A DNA stretch of 64,000 nucleotides. Origin: the human T2T-CHM13v2.0 reference genome, Homo sapiens. The stretch lies in assembly GCF_009914755.1 (NCBI RefSeq), contig NC_060936.1. One strand, given 5' to 3'. The notes below the pieces were generated by a model that was not told the origin of the DNA, made no database searches, and was given only the letters and a program-made list of their open reading frames with translations. The position numbers and the translations under genes were made by a program. Shown here piece after piece: positions 41,979-59,900 of this stretch; the stretch's first letter is position 1; each line of letters begins with the position of its first letter.

Positions 41979-44224
41979 CATTCTCTATTAATATGAAAGT
42001 GAATACAAGGAATCTTTAAGTGTGAAGACCTCCAGAAGCCAGTGGGGAAGGAAGACTAATATTTACTATCTCTGACCACGTACCACATCTTGTTCTCACT
42101 GATGCTCTCATTTCACTGATGTTCTCATTTGCTTTTCCTAACAACTTGTCAACATAGGGATTTTTACCCCACCTTAAGGAAGAGAAAAGACAGGCTGTGA
42201 TTGCTTGTGCAGTCCTCTGGTAACACTGGTGCTGGGTTGGAATTCAGATACTACAGTCTAAGGTCTTTGTTCTTTTAAAGAAGGCTGTTTCAGATAAAAG
42301 AAAAAGAAAATCTAGATTTTAGAAAATGGAGAGTGAGCTAAATAAGTGATCTGGAGTTATAAAAAATACCTGATAGGAATCTTGATAACCAAGGAAAGGA
42401 AAAATGAAGCAGAAATAAAATTGGGCCCCTGTGGTTCAGTCTAGCAGGGGCGGAAAGGGGGCTTGCTGAGCTGAGGAGAGAGCTGGCTCCGCAAACTGGC
42501 CCCAAATAGAGAGGGCCTTGTTTCTCCAAGAGCCCAAAATGGGGCTAAAGGCAACAGCACAGTCTTTGAGTGGAGGCTGGAAAGAAGGGTGAAATTAAGA
42601 AGAATCCTAGCTCTACGGAGGGCCTGTCACTGGCCAAGAAGGGGTGTGGCACAGAGAACATCTGGAGTTTTGGGCTGCCAGCCTGTGCTGGGCTGTCTGA
42701 GTTACAGAACAGGAGATGTGTGCTGGACTGGGACTGGGAGAATTGCTGAGAAAGAAGAATGTGAGGAGAGCCCGGGCTCCAGTGCGTTTGAGTTAACAAA
42801 TCCTATCCTTCTCCACTGAACTCTTTCAGGACAGTATAAAAAAGTTTAATGGCAAACTTCACTAAGCAAGAGGATGGGGGACCTGGCTGGGAACATTTTC
42901 CTTATGCTGGGGGAGAGGCTGCACTCTATGCTGTTAGGCAGAAAAAACCAGGCACTGTAGGCTAGAGGGGAGTCAAAACATCCCCTACACTCAACCCACA
43001 CCTCCAGACAACAGGCCTGTGCTCGACTGGTGGTGAGGGCCTCTCTTGGAATTCAGTTCTTGGCCAGAAATCCCTGCCTTAGACTGGGGAAGGTTTGAGA
43101 GAAGCTCAGCAAACCTGGCGGCTGCTCTTTGGGTTTGGCAAACTCGAGATTTTTCCAGCGCCTTGTGTTCAGCGAAACTGAAAATGTGTTTGGCTAGAAA
43201 CCCTTCACTAATTTTTAAACTCCTGTGAGTTTCTTTTTTTTTAACATAAATTTGATCCACATGTTTTTGATTTATTTCTATTTAACTCATCAAATCAAAT
43301 TAGGAGCCACAATGATGAATGGGAACAATGCTGATTTCCAAGAAGATTTTTGCGCACTTTTTCTCAGAATTCAAACACATTCCACCCCCAGCCCCCTACA
43401 ACTGTTAAAACTACCAGACTGAGCTGGGTTTGAAATTTAGAACCCAAATGTGAAATAAAGATCCACGCCTGGCAAAGACAGAACATAGCAGGGGAATGTT
43501 CTTAGGGAGTCACAGAAAGAAGGTGGGCCCAGGATGGGATAATGAGAGAGGAAGTGGGTCAGTTATTCTTCCTTAGGTGGTTTCAGTATGTTAATCGAGC
43601 TTTCTAGGCTCCCAACAGAGGCCACTTCTCATGGGAATGCTTTTGTCACTACCACCCAGGGAAAGGGGGTTCCTGCTCCAAAAATTGTGGACAGGGGGTT
43701 CCTTGTACCTATTTTTTTCCCTTGTGTTCTCCTCCATAGTAGCCAATTCAAGCTGCTCTTCCGCTTCCCTTCTAACAGTTCCACCCCCTCCCCCCGCCAC
43801 CCCTTCCTGGCTCTGGTGGAGGCCTCTCCATCTGGAAACATTTAACATGTACAACAATTTTAATCTTGTGCAAGAGAATCTTAGACGCACTACATACCCA
43901 TTAAGCTAAATTATAGGTGCACAGTGTTACTTTGCACAATTCTGTCTGGTCTCGGTTTGCACACACAACAAAGGCCATTACTGTCTTTCCCAATTACCCT
44001 TTCTACTATACCATCATTTTCCACAACTTCAATCTGAGGCCAATAGTATTTCTCTGGGAAACTCTGGCCCCCAAGGTCCCAAGACAAAGTTGCTCTCTTA
44101 GGTTTAAGACAAATGCACCCTCATCAGAGCCCCTTGAACCAGTACTTGGTACGTCCCTAAACACTGACCAAATAAATTTCCTTGAATTTGGCTTCTCTCC
44201 CCTACAGAACCTGATCTAATTAAA

Positions 44225-44395
44225 TAGACCTGGGTACAAGTACCAGCTTGCTACTTATTAACTGTATAACTTTGGGGGTTATTTTACTTTCCTTGGTTCC
44301 AATTTCCCAATCTGTAAATTGGGTATAATAACTATACTTACCTCACAGTGTTGTTGTGAAGATTAAATGAGATGTGTCCTGTAAAAACCTTAATT
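44225..44395 (+). mobile_element. MIR
   Basis: tttcccaatctgtaaattggg...gttgttgtgaagattaaatgagat. Confidence 0.75.
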
Positions 44396-44399
44396 TGTT

Positions 44400-44682
44400 G
44401 CATGGAGATAGGGAGGTGTTGGTCAAGGGATACCAAGTTTCAGTTAAACAGGAGGAATAAGTTTTAGAGATCTATTGCATGGCAGCATGACCACAGTTAA
44501 TAATAATGTGTATTTTTAAATTGTTAAGAGTAGATTTTAAAAGTTCTCACCACAAAAAATGATAAGTATATGAAGTGATGAATATGTTAATTAGCTTAGT
44601 CATTCCATAATGTAAACATATATCAAAACGTTACACTATATCCCATCGATATACATAATTATTTGTCAATTAAAAATAAACT
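44400..44682 (+). mobile_element. L1 3' end (L1MA-like)
   Basis: aggaggaataagttttagagatctattg; gttctcaccacaaaaaatgataagta; ends in aaaataaa. Confidence 0.85.
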
Positions 44683-46033
44683 TGGTATGTTGTCTCACCC
44701 AGACTAAGTAGTTAATAACAATTAGTTTTATTATTATTGAAACTGCCACACTTTATTCAACTCTAGAACTTTTCTAAGAGCATTTAAATTTTTGCAGAGG
44801 TTGACAGTTTCATTCTAAATCCTCTCCACTCCCACGAATGCTGAAGTGACCAACTCAGTGTCCTACAAACCAGTATCATTCAGCGAGGTGACATAAGGTT
44901 TCTCACCAACCACCTGGGATTCTTACCGAGTTCTCAGGGACTCTTCCATGCAGGCCCAAGTTTTAAACCTACAGTCCCTTCCTGAGATCTGCAGTAGCAG
45001 AGAGATTGGAAGATCTAAAATCTAATGCATACAGAGCACTCTCCTTCAAGCCAAGTGGAGCTGCTGCTTCTCATTTTATATAAAAAGTAAATGTGAGAAA
45101 GGGAGGTGGAGAAGGAGGTTTTTACTTTGCTTTAAGGAGCAAAATCAAGACCTTTACGGATGCTTTTTGGAAAGTAGAAAGGTGAAGGCAACATTTAAGT
45201 TATCTGACAAATGCCTCTCTTGTAAGGGGGAGAATAGAAAAGTCCACGAGTCCAGTTACAAGCCCTGTGCTCAATGGCATTCAAAAAGAGAGTTGGAGGT
45301 CCGACATTTATTGCTCTTCTCTGGTGAGAAGTAGTTTTAGCAGTAATTCACGGATCCTGATGTTGGGAAGGAATCCACCAGCTTCTAGGGGGAACTTTGG
45401 ACACCTAATGTAGTCATGGTCTTCATTATGCAGAATTGCTATGAGGACTCAAGAGAGAACACTTGCAGAATTTTGACAAATGGTAATTATTATTTCTACC
45501 GAGCTGACCTCACTTGAAATCCTGGGTGATACCAGGAAATGTGTGTATCTTCCATGCCCAACATTTACTAGAGTTTTCTCTTTCAGTGGCTTCTTAGTCC
45601 CTTTTATCTACATGTACTATGGATGCCAGCCCAGCTCTAAAAAACCCTAAGGAAACCACTCCCTGGCTCACAGCTCCGCCAAAGTGGTGGGTCTAGGTGA
45701 CTGTTTGTGCCCATAAAGGGTACTGAAGTGGACATATAATCTGAAGGGACAAATACACAGGCTGGGAAGTCACTTTAGTCTGATATAAAAGGTGAACTGG
45801 GCCAACCAGACTCCTCTCCGGAAATGTGGAATTGGGAGAGTGAGAAACTGGGCTGATTGGTAGCAGAGCCATAAAGAATGTGGTTGGCCACATCAGTGGC
45901 AGAACTCCATGTGAGGGCTGAGAGCTTTCCGCTGTGGAGGCTTTGCAGGGCTGCCTTGATTTCAAAACCACTTTCCCATAAAGCCTGGCTGTTCAATCAT
46001 TCTGCTCATGGACACCATAAATATCTCTTCTAA

Positions 46034-46318
<285 letters not shown>

Positions 46319-46482
46319 CTTCTTGCAGTACTTTTTTTTTTTTTTTTGAGTTAGCTCTAGTAAGTTTCTGTTTCCTCTGACCAAAATAGTCTTTGTTAAA
46401 ACAGCACCTGCTCTTGGGAAGTACATGCAAATAGAGTTATGTCTAAATGTTCTGAGCATTTCCAGTCCAAGGAATTATTTTA

Positions 46483-47300
<818 letters not shown>

Positions 47301-47483
47301 CCAGAAAGTCAACATAGAAATCGATACTGTTTCCTATATGGTAAGACACATGATTTTTTTTAAACCAAATATATGACCAACTTGTTTGTAAATTAACTTC
47401 TCTAAACATCAGCTGAATGACAGAAGCTCTTCAGGTAATTAGTCTAACGAGGGGATAAGGTATACATAAATAACTATGATCAG

Positions 47484-48420
<937 letters not shown>

Positions 48421-48467
48421 GAAAATGTTTTATTGCACAAAATATAAACAAAAACCTCATGCGGTAC

Positions 48468-48575
48468 CTCTGGAGCTGAAGACAGGAATGGTTTAATGTA
48501 GATGTTGGAGTCATGCACCTTCAGGTCATGGTCCCCAAGTCCCCTGGTCACTCCAATAGTTGCCATTACCCGGGC
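48468..48575 (-). CDS. PPM1H: PPM1H coding exon (3rd from last; exon 8)
   Basis: cctag|GCC CGG...CCA GAG|gtaccg; 108 nt; ARVMATIGVTRGLGDHDLKVHDSNIYIKPFLSSAPE contains the PP2C (V/L)xRxxGD motif. Confidence 0.97.
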
Positions 48576-48942
48576 CTAGGAGTATAAGCAGAGGGTCATC
48601 AGAAACACGCACACAGTGAAAGCATCCCATTCCAGTGCAGCTGCCTGGGCTAGGAACAACCAAACAATTTTCCAGTTCCTCCTGCCCAGATATGTTTCCA
48701 GGCCCCTTGCTGCTAACATACGTGGATAGCTCTTACCAAGAAAGGGCTCACCAAAATCACTTCTGTATTTGAGGAGTGCTTTTTCTATCCATTATCTTAA
48801 GCTTGACAGGTTGCTGCTGTTTCTTTTCAGCTTTCTTTTTTTGGAGACTGGAAGGAAGGATGTCCAATAAACTAACTCCAATGCATGCGTGACGTCTACA
48901 GCTGCAGAAATCAGTTCATATCAAACCCAATAGGATTGATCG

Positions 48943-48992
48943 ATCCATCCATCCATCCATCCATCCATCCACCCACCCATCCACACACCCAC
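48943..48992. repeat. (ATCC)n microsatellite
   Basis: Directly visible. Confidence 0.9.
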
Positions 48993-49428
48993 CAATCTTT
49001 CTGTTACATATCCACTGTACAAGTATTTGCTCAACACCAGCTATGTCCTTAGTCCTGTGATATGTACTAGTAAAAGGTGTAAAAAATCAGAAATAGCTCT
49101 TGCCCTCCCAGAGTTCACCTATTATGTTTTATGGCTGGAGAAAAGAAACTTATCAACTCTATAACCTATCCTGCTAAGATCTCCACAAATTCCCTCTGGG
49201 TGGAAAGGAACAAAATGTCACCAGTGCTGTGACATAGCTACACAGAGGCCTCAGGGCTGAGACCTCATCCTGAACTGTTTTTGAATGGTGTAAGGAAGTA
49301 ACACTATTACACCAATGCCTACACAGTCAGCTTAAATATCTCCTGTTATGCTGAAGATCTGATTTACCCAAACATTTATTGGGTGCCTACTATGTACTTA
49401 CATCATATGTTGGGGACACAAATGTCTA

Positions 49429-49870
<442 letters not shown>

Positions 49871-50240
49871 TTAGAGGAGGTAAAAATTCTACTGAGAAGG
49901 CTCCACGGAGGAGGTGGCACTTAGCACAGAAAGGTGGATTGCATCAAGACAGGCGACACAGAGGGATGGAGTGAAAGTCATCCTGGGTGGAAGAAAGCAG
50001 TGTCCTAACCCTTAATCATAAAAAATATATCCGGTGTAGTGAAATGGTTCAAAGACCTGAGCTTGAATCCTCACTCTATTACCTGGGTGATAAGAGTAAT
50101 TACCTCCTATGAGTGGGGATGAAGTAAATAAATGCTAAGAAACACTGCAATTTAATATATTGTCTTCATCTTCATCCTAGACTGTCAACAGGGCTGTGAA
50201 TTTTGAAGCCAGCCTTGGTTCGGAAGGTAGGCAGAGTTCA

Positions 50241-50596
<356 letters not shown>

Positions 50597-51700
50597 GTGA
50601 TGCAAAGCAAAGCCTGGGGCCCTCTGCCCTGCTGGGAGGCTGGACTGGCTCCCTTCTAGCCAAGAAGTGCTCAACTCTAAATGTGAAAAATTCTGAGTCC
50701 CTTGTGGCTCTCCTGCTCTCCTCCCTGAAATGGCGGCTTCTCTGTGTGCTCTTTCCAGCCAAAGAAATCTGATGTTTCTGCTAGTGACTGACCTTGTTTA
50801 CGAAGTATCCAGGTGTTACCCACACCAGTCTTTAAAAGCATCTGAAGAAAGAAAATGAGAAGTAATGGCCACAGAAGTACTCTGAAATTTCTGCGTAGGG
50901 GTACGCGGAGAAGAAAGAGAAAATCCCAGTCCAGGATCTAGAAGGAGCTCCAAGAACTCATGGAGTCCTCAGAAAGGGGTGGTATCTACCAACAAAAGCA
51001 AAATGGAGACATGGTGGCTTTTAAATAGGCCAACAGGTACACGGACAGAACTTGCCACCTGCCCATCGCAAGACCATCAAGCTTAAATTACCTGAAATGC
51101 TTGAGGAACATGATGTTTTGGTGAATTGAACTTTATACTAAAATTAGAAAACTCTTGCTCCTTCAAATCTTACTGCTATAAACTTCCAAGAATACATCAT
51201 TCCATTTTCCTATTGTACTAAGGAAAGTATACTGAACATAACTGAACAGCTTATTTAATACTTATGCATTTATGTCAGGTACCAGGCTAGACAGGAACTA
51301 GAGATACAGGGGTAACAGAATGTGTTCCTGAGTTTACTGGAACTCACTGGATATTAAAGGGTAATACAGAGAATCTCAGCCCCACAAAGAAATGGAGCTG
51401 CAGGCATAGGTCATTGGGCTGAATGATACTCATTAATGGTGCCCATTGTACCAAAAGGCACAAATATTTATATCAGAACAGTGCCTATTAGCCCTGACAC
51501 GATTCTTAACCAGAGACTGTGATCTGAAAGGTGTTCATTTTCATGAATGGGGTATGTTCGTTTAAAAAATGATTCCTACATGGATCAGATATTTGTGTTT
51601 GGTATTCCTCCTTCTGTTGAGATGTCTTTTTGCATTGAAATCACTGCTGGTCTACACGGAGCCCAAAACCTAACCATGTTTGTTCTCTTGCTTTTGCTCT

Positions 51701-51701
<1 letters not shown>

Positions 51702-51739
<38 letters not shown>
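51702..51739. repeat. (AC)19 microsatellite
   Basis: Directly visible. Confidence 0.95.
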
Positions 51740-51743
<4 letters not shown>

Positions 51744-52710
51744 CCCATGGAAGGCATCCTTTGGTTTTCTTCTGAGTCATTTCTTCTTGATAAAAACTAT
51801 CGTATCGAATGCTGGAAAAATTATCAGTTGAAGACTCTTCTCAATGTGACCACATTTTTCACTTGGAATGCTTCACACCGAGTTGAAATGTATTAGTGTT
51901 CCGAGGAAGAATGCAATGATTCAGAAGGTGTTTGTTCTTACTAGGAAATAGATTCCAAGCTTCTTGCTCTCCACTCCAGGATTTCAACCTCCTCCAGGCC
52001 TCTGCTCAGAGACCACTTTAGGATCCACAGCTTTTCTTTGGTTCGACAACGTGCTGTTCAGTGCTGGATTCTGACTGGAACCCTGGGAGCTGATGATGGT
52101 CTTTGTTATCTTAGTCTGGACTCTGGTTGCTGTGACCTTATAGTCTAATTACAGTGACGCTTTGGACTCTCTTCCATGGGGCAAGTGGCAAACAGACTTG
52201 CAAAGTCTGGACTTCCATGGTGGAGTCTGAGACGCGCGAAGCAGACAGAAAGCCAAGGCACCACATCCGCAGCTGCCCCTCGCTTGGCTGCGTGATCTGC
52301 CTGAGCTGTTTTAACCTCACAGTCCCAGCTGCCTCGTCTGCCAGATGGATATAACACAGCCAGCTTGACCTGCCTCCTTGCTCGTTGTCAGATATAAATG
52401 AGATGATGTGTGTGAAAGTGGTTCATGTTTAAACACTGTAAAAAGTTATTCAAATGGATTGGGAAGGGGGACTTTATTTTCACAAAATTGGCTTGAGTCC
52501 CTTGTGCTCACCGCCCACCTCCCACCCCCACTACTCCTTGGACCCTGAAGACAGGAGGCCTGAAGGATGATGGATGGGATATGCTTTCAAGCTGTCAAGG
52601 CTATAAAATCACAAGCTGCTGAGTGGAACACACGGACTGCCACGGGCTATGTGGAGCGAAGGCGGGACAGAGCCCTGTCCTCTCTACCCAGGGGAAGCAC
52701 ACGTGCCTAC

Positions 52711-52774
52711 CTTCTTGCCTTCTCCATATATAAGGGGGAACTTCAAGTCCTCATCCTCAATGGTTTTGTATGCC
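52711..52774 (-). CDS. PPM1H: PPM1H coding exon (4th from last; exon 7 in the usual numbering)
   Basis: Minus strand ctacag|G GCA TAC...AAG AAG|gtaggc; 64 nt; translates (W)AYKTIEDEDLKFPLIYGEGKK, matching PPM1H as I recall it; the phase-0 end joins the next exon in frame. Confidence 0.95.
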
Positions 52775-53484
52775 CTGTAGGGGATAAACAACATTTTAAA
52801 AAAGGTTTGCACTCAATTAGTGACCTGCTGCCCTGACACCGACTGCTAGGGATTTCATTTTCCCTGAGACCCCATCCACTCACCACACTGACTACCTCTT
52901 CCTTTATAGGGAGTTGTTCTCCCTACAGAATTGTGTGTGTGTGTCTTTTACCAAACCAGAAAATACTGTCTTTATATGCTTGAAGAGGGAGGAAATAAGT
53001 TGGCATATGCATAATTAGCAAAAAGGGGAGATGGGTTTCTGGCCTTAGGGTCTGTGTAATAATGAAGTGACCCAGCAACAGTATTCTCATCACGAATCCA
53101 AAACTGTGAGAAACAGCAGAGCTCAGAGATGAATGGAGTGTGAAACTGCTTCGAGAGCCAGTTCTCACCTTCAGGGGTTGTTTATACCAAAACAGCCTTG
53201 TATTGGGATGGCTAGGGAAGAAATCTTTCGAGCCTGTTTGTCCTCTATATAATATGCAAGGTTGGTAAAACATTCTTTGTTTCACAATAGCTTTTAAATA
53301 GCCACTCAATACACAGAAAGAACCTTCAGTTTATGCCTCAATGGTTTATTCCAGATAGGGTTCTCCAGTGCCACAGCCTGCACAGCGGAGGCGGGTAAGA
53401 TGAAAGGGACAGAGCTGATGAAGACCATGTCTTGCAATTTTGCTTATAACCAAGTTAAAAAACAAACAAGCGAACAAACAACTG

Positions 53485-53645
53485 TTAGCCCAGTTACAGC
53501 TGTTTATCACCTTGAGCATGTAGCTTCACCTTTTTCAGTCTCAGTTTCCTCATCTGTACAATGAGGCTAATACACAGGATACAAAGAGCTCAGTACAGAG
53601 CCTGCACTTAGTAAGAGCCCACTTAGTGGCAGTTATTACTAATAC
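53485..53645 (+). mobile_element. MIR
   Basis: ctcagtttcctcatctgtacaatgagg core. Confidence 0.7.
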
Positions 53646-55896
53646 TTAGTAGATAATTAACACTTACGTGGCATACCGGTTCCCCTTTCTGCAAAATGGG
53701 GATAACACTGCTCATAACTTCAAAGTTATTTAAAAGACTAAGTAAAAGATAGGGTAGGTTCTGCTGAATTAGGTGCTATAAGTAGATGCTTTTCTACAAC
53801 AACATCTCCTGAGTGCATTAAAAATCCTAATTTATTAAATGGCCTGCCATTCCTGGACATATCTAGGCTGCTTGGGAGTGAGTCTGAAATCAAATTTATG
53901 GAAGCTCTTGAGGTACAAAAGAATGTAACTAAATTTAAAAAGCATGCAACCCCAAAGTTAAAGCAGGTCCATCCTCAGAAAGTTACATGGTAAGGTGTCC
54001 TTCCCATGGGGTGGAGAATCAGTGAGGTTTTGGCACCAGATGTGCCTGAGCTGGAGTTCAGCAATGCCTTTGGTATAGCCCTGCACAAGTAGATGTGCTC
54101 TCAGTCCCTCAGGATCCTCATTAATCAATTAGGGCAAAATCTGGGGCTCATTCGTGAGATTATTGCAAAGATTAAAATAGGGAAATGAATGTGGAGAGCT
54201 TAGGAGGTACTTAGCACTGTGCCTGGCAAAACAAATGCTGCTGCTGTTGAGTGAGCTGAGAGGTATTCTAGGAATTGAATTTTCAAAAAAGGAAATATAC
54301 TGTTTCCTTCCCCCAAATCTACCAAACTAACACAAAGTGGAAATAACCACTTTGATGTTTTTACATACTCACATGAGCTATTTTAAACACTGTGGTATAT
54401 GAGTTTGGGGGGGGAACAAATAAAGCTATTATTAGAAGAATTTGGGTTTTTTAAAGCTTTCCAGGTGATTCCAATGTGCAGCCAAGGTTGAGATCCACTA
54501 CTATACATCAAGCATCAATTAACTACCATTCAAAATGATTCAGCAATTAGCCCCTTATCAGCTTGACCCTTAAGACAACAGACTACATGGCTCAAGGGAG
54601 AGGAGGAAAATGGCCTGAGAAAGGCCCTGAGATGAGCGTGAACAGGGATTGAAGACCCCATGTGGAGAGTGAGGAGACAGGCCCGCACAGAGAGGATGCA
54701 GCAGTGGAGACCAGATGTAGAAAGGGGCTGGGCCTTGAGATCCAGGCACAGGAGGAGCCTGGATCTGGTGTAGAAGAGTTGGGTCTATGACTAGACATTC
54801 ACAGGAATTAAATAGAGCTAGAAGGCTAGAATTAAATAGAGGCAGAAGGCTGCAGCTCTAGAACCAATGACTGGGTATTACCTAGAGCTTAATAGAGACA
54901 GGCGAAGAGCACTCTTAACAGGCTTAGAGAAGTAGTAAGAAAACTGCTCTATCACAAGCCGGGTCATTGAATTCTCACATGGCAGAGTGTTGCAGGAGCA
55001 CGAAGTCCATGTCCCACAACTCTGAAAGACACACACTTAGAGTTGTTACCCACAGGACCAAACCAAATGCAAATTTTAATATTATATGTTAGCTTCTGCT
55101 TATCTTCAGGAACAACAAAACATTAGAAATAGAAACAATGGTGGAAAAGGAAGGTTTATTCTGCCCCGCCAGTGTTGGTTTTCAATCAACTATGAGCACT
55201 CCCTCTCCCCCAGCAACTAACGACAAGGGGGAATAGCACCAATGAGGAGGAAAAGTACAACACCTTCTCCCCCTCCATCTTTCTGAATCCTAAGCACAGA
55301 TCATCATATAAAGTTAAGTGGACTTCCATCCATAGTTACAAAGCCTTGAGTAATAAAGTATAAAATATAGTACTCAAGAGTTAAAACTGGCAACTTGATT
55401 AGAGTCTGTATAAATTAATAATAGCTAATAGTAATCACAGCAGCTATGATTTACTGAGCATCTTCTACATGCCAGACACCAGGCTCTGTGCTGACTTATA
55501 GTATCTAAAATCTCTCAATGGCCTTATAATGTCCTGTCTTACAGAGGAGAGAACTGAGCCCAGAGAGGTTAAGTTACTCCTCCCAGACCAAAAAGGTGGA
55601 GTGGCCTTAAAACCGGACTTGGACTTTTCCGGAAAACATGACAAAGAAATGTGATATCAGGACTTAGCTTTGGGAATTTCTCATTCTAGTCCGAGTCTGA
55701 AATGAGACCATTATTGTCCACTCTCTTCGGGTGACCAGCTGATATCTGATGAAGAAAAGAAGACTTTTGGCAAAAGAGGAAGGGGAATTTTCTGTGTGAG
55801 TGGCAAAAGAACAAAAGGGGTCATGTTTGTACAAAACTAGTGGCTACTACGGTACTGGGTCTACAGAGAAGAAGAGAGGAAAGTCAGCAGAAGTGA

Positions 55897-56178
<282 letters not shown>

Positions 56179-57954
56179 TAGACCTGCAGCTGCTTTTCTG
56201 GCCATCTCGCCAGCAATGAGTGACCACAGAGTCAACCAAGCCCCCTCCCACAGAGAACAGACTTTCCTCAAACTGCTCTCAGTTTAAGGAGGCCATCTAA
56301 GTTCTGGCCCACTTGGAAGGCCTGTCTGTTTTATATTATAGTCCATGTCAAGGCTATAGGCTTGAATTTATGCTTCCAGCTTGTCCTTGGCTTCCTTCTT
56401 TCTCATTTGGGGGAAGATAGGAGAGTGAAGCTTGAGAGCTCCAAGACATGAAGGTACTTTGGATTTGAGATGAATAGAGAGTGTCTAGTCATAGAACCAA
56501 TTCTTCTACACCACATCCTAAGATTTTTGAAATCCTAATTAAATTTTTAAGAACTAGCGCCCCAAACAAATCACTCGCTAGTTTTACAATAATATGACTG
56601 ACCAGAGATTATATTATTTGTTACGAGATAGCAAAACTGAAAGGCTTAGGAAAGATTTTCTAGACAAACTCTTATTAATATTTTGGGCCAATTCCTTAAT
56701 GAGTATTTATGAGGCCAACTGAATCATTTTTTTAGATGAGAAAAAAAATGCAAGGCTTAAAAGGGTTGCTAAATTCTTGGCTTTCCCAAACTGAGAGGCA
56801 TTATTCTCAGAAGTTTCCATTAAATACTTTTTTAAAGTAATAGTTTCCTTTGTAATGTTGATTGTGCAAAGCTGTAAAAAAAAAAGCCACTGTTGGTTTG
56901 GACTTCCTGGAAGGAGCAGTTCAGCAATAAGACTGAAATGCCACCAAGACAGCTGTACCCCAAGTGTAGGAATCCCTTCTACAATACACCTAACCTTGGT
57001 TCCTGGCCTCTCCTGAATGGACTGCCACAGAAAGTCACTGTCCTAGGAGTTTAACGGTACTTAATGTCAGCCCATTCCATTGGAGAACAGCTCTGGGAAA
57101 TTCTTTCTTAAACTGACCCAAACCCGCTGGCCCATCTGGAAAAACATGAAATAAATCCAGACTATTTTCTGCTTGAGAGCTCTTCAATTGTTTAAAGAGA
57201 ACTATCTCAAAGTTTCCTTTTCCTTAGTTCTTTCAACTGTTCTTCACAGGACCTGGAGGATCCTAACCACTCTAGTCCCCATGCATCCAACAAACAGTAA
57301 CTGAGCACTGAATACTGTGGTGGTGGCCCTCTAGGGTCTTTCTGGTTGGCCAGTGTCCTCAAAAAATGGTACCCGGAACTGAAAACACTTAAGATGTGGT
57401 CCAAATAAGAAAAAAAATTATTACTTCTTTTGATTTGGGCCTTGCATTTTTTAAAAATTAACAAAGCTATTTCCATTATGTGTATTTTTTTTTAGGGTTA
57501 CATATGGAGACTCTGAATGAAAACAAATGAAAAACCCTAGTCCACAAGAAAAAAGACCTGAGAATGTTTTTTTTGGCTCATGGTCTCCTCTAGTTTATAA
57601 TGACACACACAATAGATATTTTACCCTGAAGGGAGGACTCCATTGCCCTTATTAATTTTATCTTGTTAGTTTTAGTCCATTGTTCCAACTCACTGACAAC
57701 TTCCTGAACTCAGATCCTTCCATCCAAAATATCAGCTGTCTATGCTATATCATGTTAAATTTGATAAGCAGCCCTGCCATCTTCATCCACATCACTGAAA
57801 AAATTGCTAAGTGGAATCATTAGAGACCTTCCTACTGGCCAAGCTAACCACACAAGGGGGGTGGCAACATTTCAGGCATGTGAAGGAAAGCAATTCAAAA
57901 ACATCAAATTCAGCAGTATCCTTTTTCATGAAAATGAAGAACCTATCAATTTCC

Positions 57955-58271
<317 letters not shown>

Positions 58272-59299
58272 AATTTCCTTTTCAATACAAAAAACAGATG
58301 GTATAAAGCTCGGCAGAATCTTGTCTGGTGGAGAAGCACAGAAGACAGACTCAACAGTAGAGGGTGGACAATGAGATATTAATGTTTAAAGAGGAGGTGT
58401 TTAGGATTTAAAAAGGCTGTCAACACTGATCCAGATGGACACTGTCCTCATGGATTTCAACTCTCCTGGAATAGCTCTTGGGCTATCTATGAAGCAACTT
58501 AACTGAACCATTATCCACTCAGTATTTCTCCATCTTGTCCAAAAGGCTGAGAGAAGAAACAATCCGATTTCTTACAAACTCAGAATATATCTATGCATAC
58601 AGTATTCACCCAATCTAGGAACCTTACCCAACAAGAACAGATTACTAATTGAGCCTGCCTTATTGAACCTAAGCTGGCTCTCCTGATCATACCACCTCCA
58701 GTGGACGACATTCCTTCAAATCCCTCTTGCTCCTAAGGCACATGAGTGATGCTTATAGTTCCTACATCAACCCCATCCTTCTAGGCTGAGGCTCTCTCAC
58801 TGCCCTTCTGTCAGTCCCTCCATCTGCCTCATATCCCCCTCCCTTACCCACCAGCCTTTCAGGACATTCTCCCACCTGCCCCGATGACTTCAGCCTAGGT
58901 TCAGATTGCTTTTTCACTCTTTCCCAGGATGTCATTCTCAGCATTTTCTTAGAATTTGGTGGTGCTTTTGGATTCCTCGCTTTAAAACTCCTAGCTCACT
59001 TCCTGCTGACCTTCTTCTCTGTTCCCCATCATCACCCTGGTCATGTGGCCTGCAGCAAGAACACCCCCCACCTCTGAGATTCCAATTCTGAATCATTTTT
59101 CCTCTCTCACTCCCTTGTTGAAGCTCTCAGGCCAGTTTCTCTCCTTGGTCCTGCTATTCTTCCTACCTTATGGCTAAACATGTTCCTGATCCTGTCTCCA
59201 CCTGTGGCAAAGCTTTTTGATACTTTTCTTTGCTAGAACTTGTCACCTTCTCAATTTTCCAGTAACACAACAAGGATTGAGTATTTTGTCTATTAACAT

Positions 59300-59900
59300 T
59301 ATGTCAAATACTGTCATCTCTACCTTTCAAACAAATCCAGAATCCTCAGATTTCAACACCTTCCCTGCTGTCAGAGCCCTAGCACCATAGTTTCTTGCCT
59401 ACATTATTGGGACGGATCCATCAGGCCTCTGTGCAATGATCTAGGCAAGAGGCGATGGTGCTAGGATGATGTCACCAGGTGGATGGCAGTGAGAGTGTTG
59501 AAAACTGTTCTGATTTTCCCTTACTCCTGTTCTCAGAGCAACTGGAGTAATTATTTTAGAATGTCAGGTCATGTCATTACCCTACTGAAACCCATCAAAG
59601 GTTTTCTATTGCGATCTAAATAAAAGCCAAGTAACCAGATGGTCTTCTTTAACATTGTTCCTGTCCCCCAAATTTCCTAGTCCCCTTTCCTGCTTTATTT
59701 TTTTTCCATAGCATCCACCACCACCTAACAGTTAAAGAATTTTACTTCCTTACTATGGTTATTTTTTCTACTGCTTCTTCATGCCCTTTAAGTTCTATGG
59801 GGATAGATTTTTGTTTTGCTACCTATGGCATCTCCTATACCTACAAGAGTGCTCAACATATAATGGGTACCCAATAAATATTTGGTTAAGCAAGCAAATT
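59300..59900 (+). mobile_element. L2 fragment containing an internal inverted duplication
   Basis: tcatgtcattaccctactgaaaccc...; caataaatatttgg 3' end. Confidence 0.65.
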
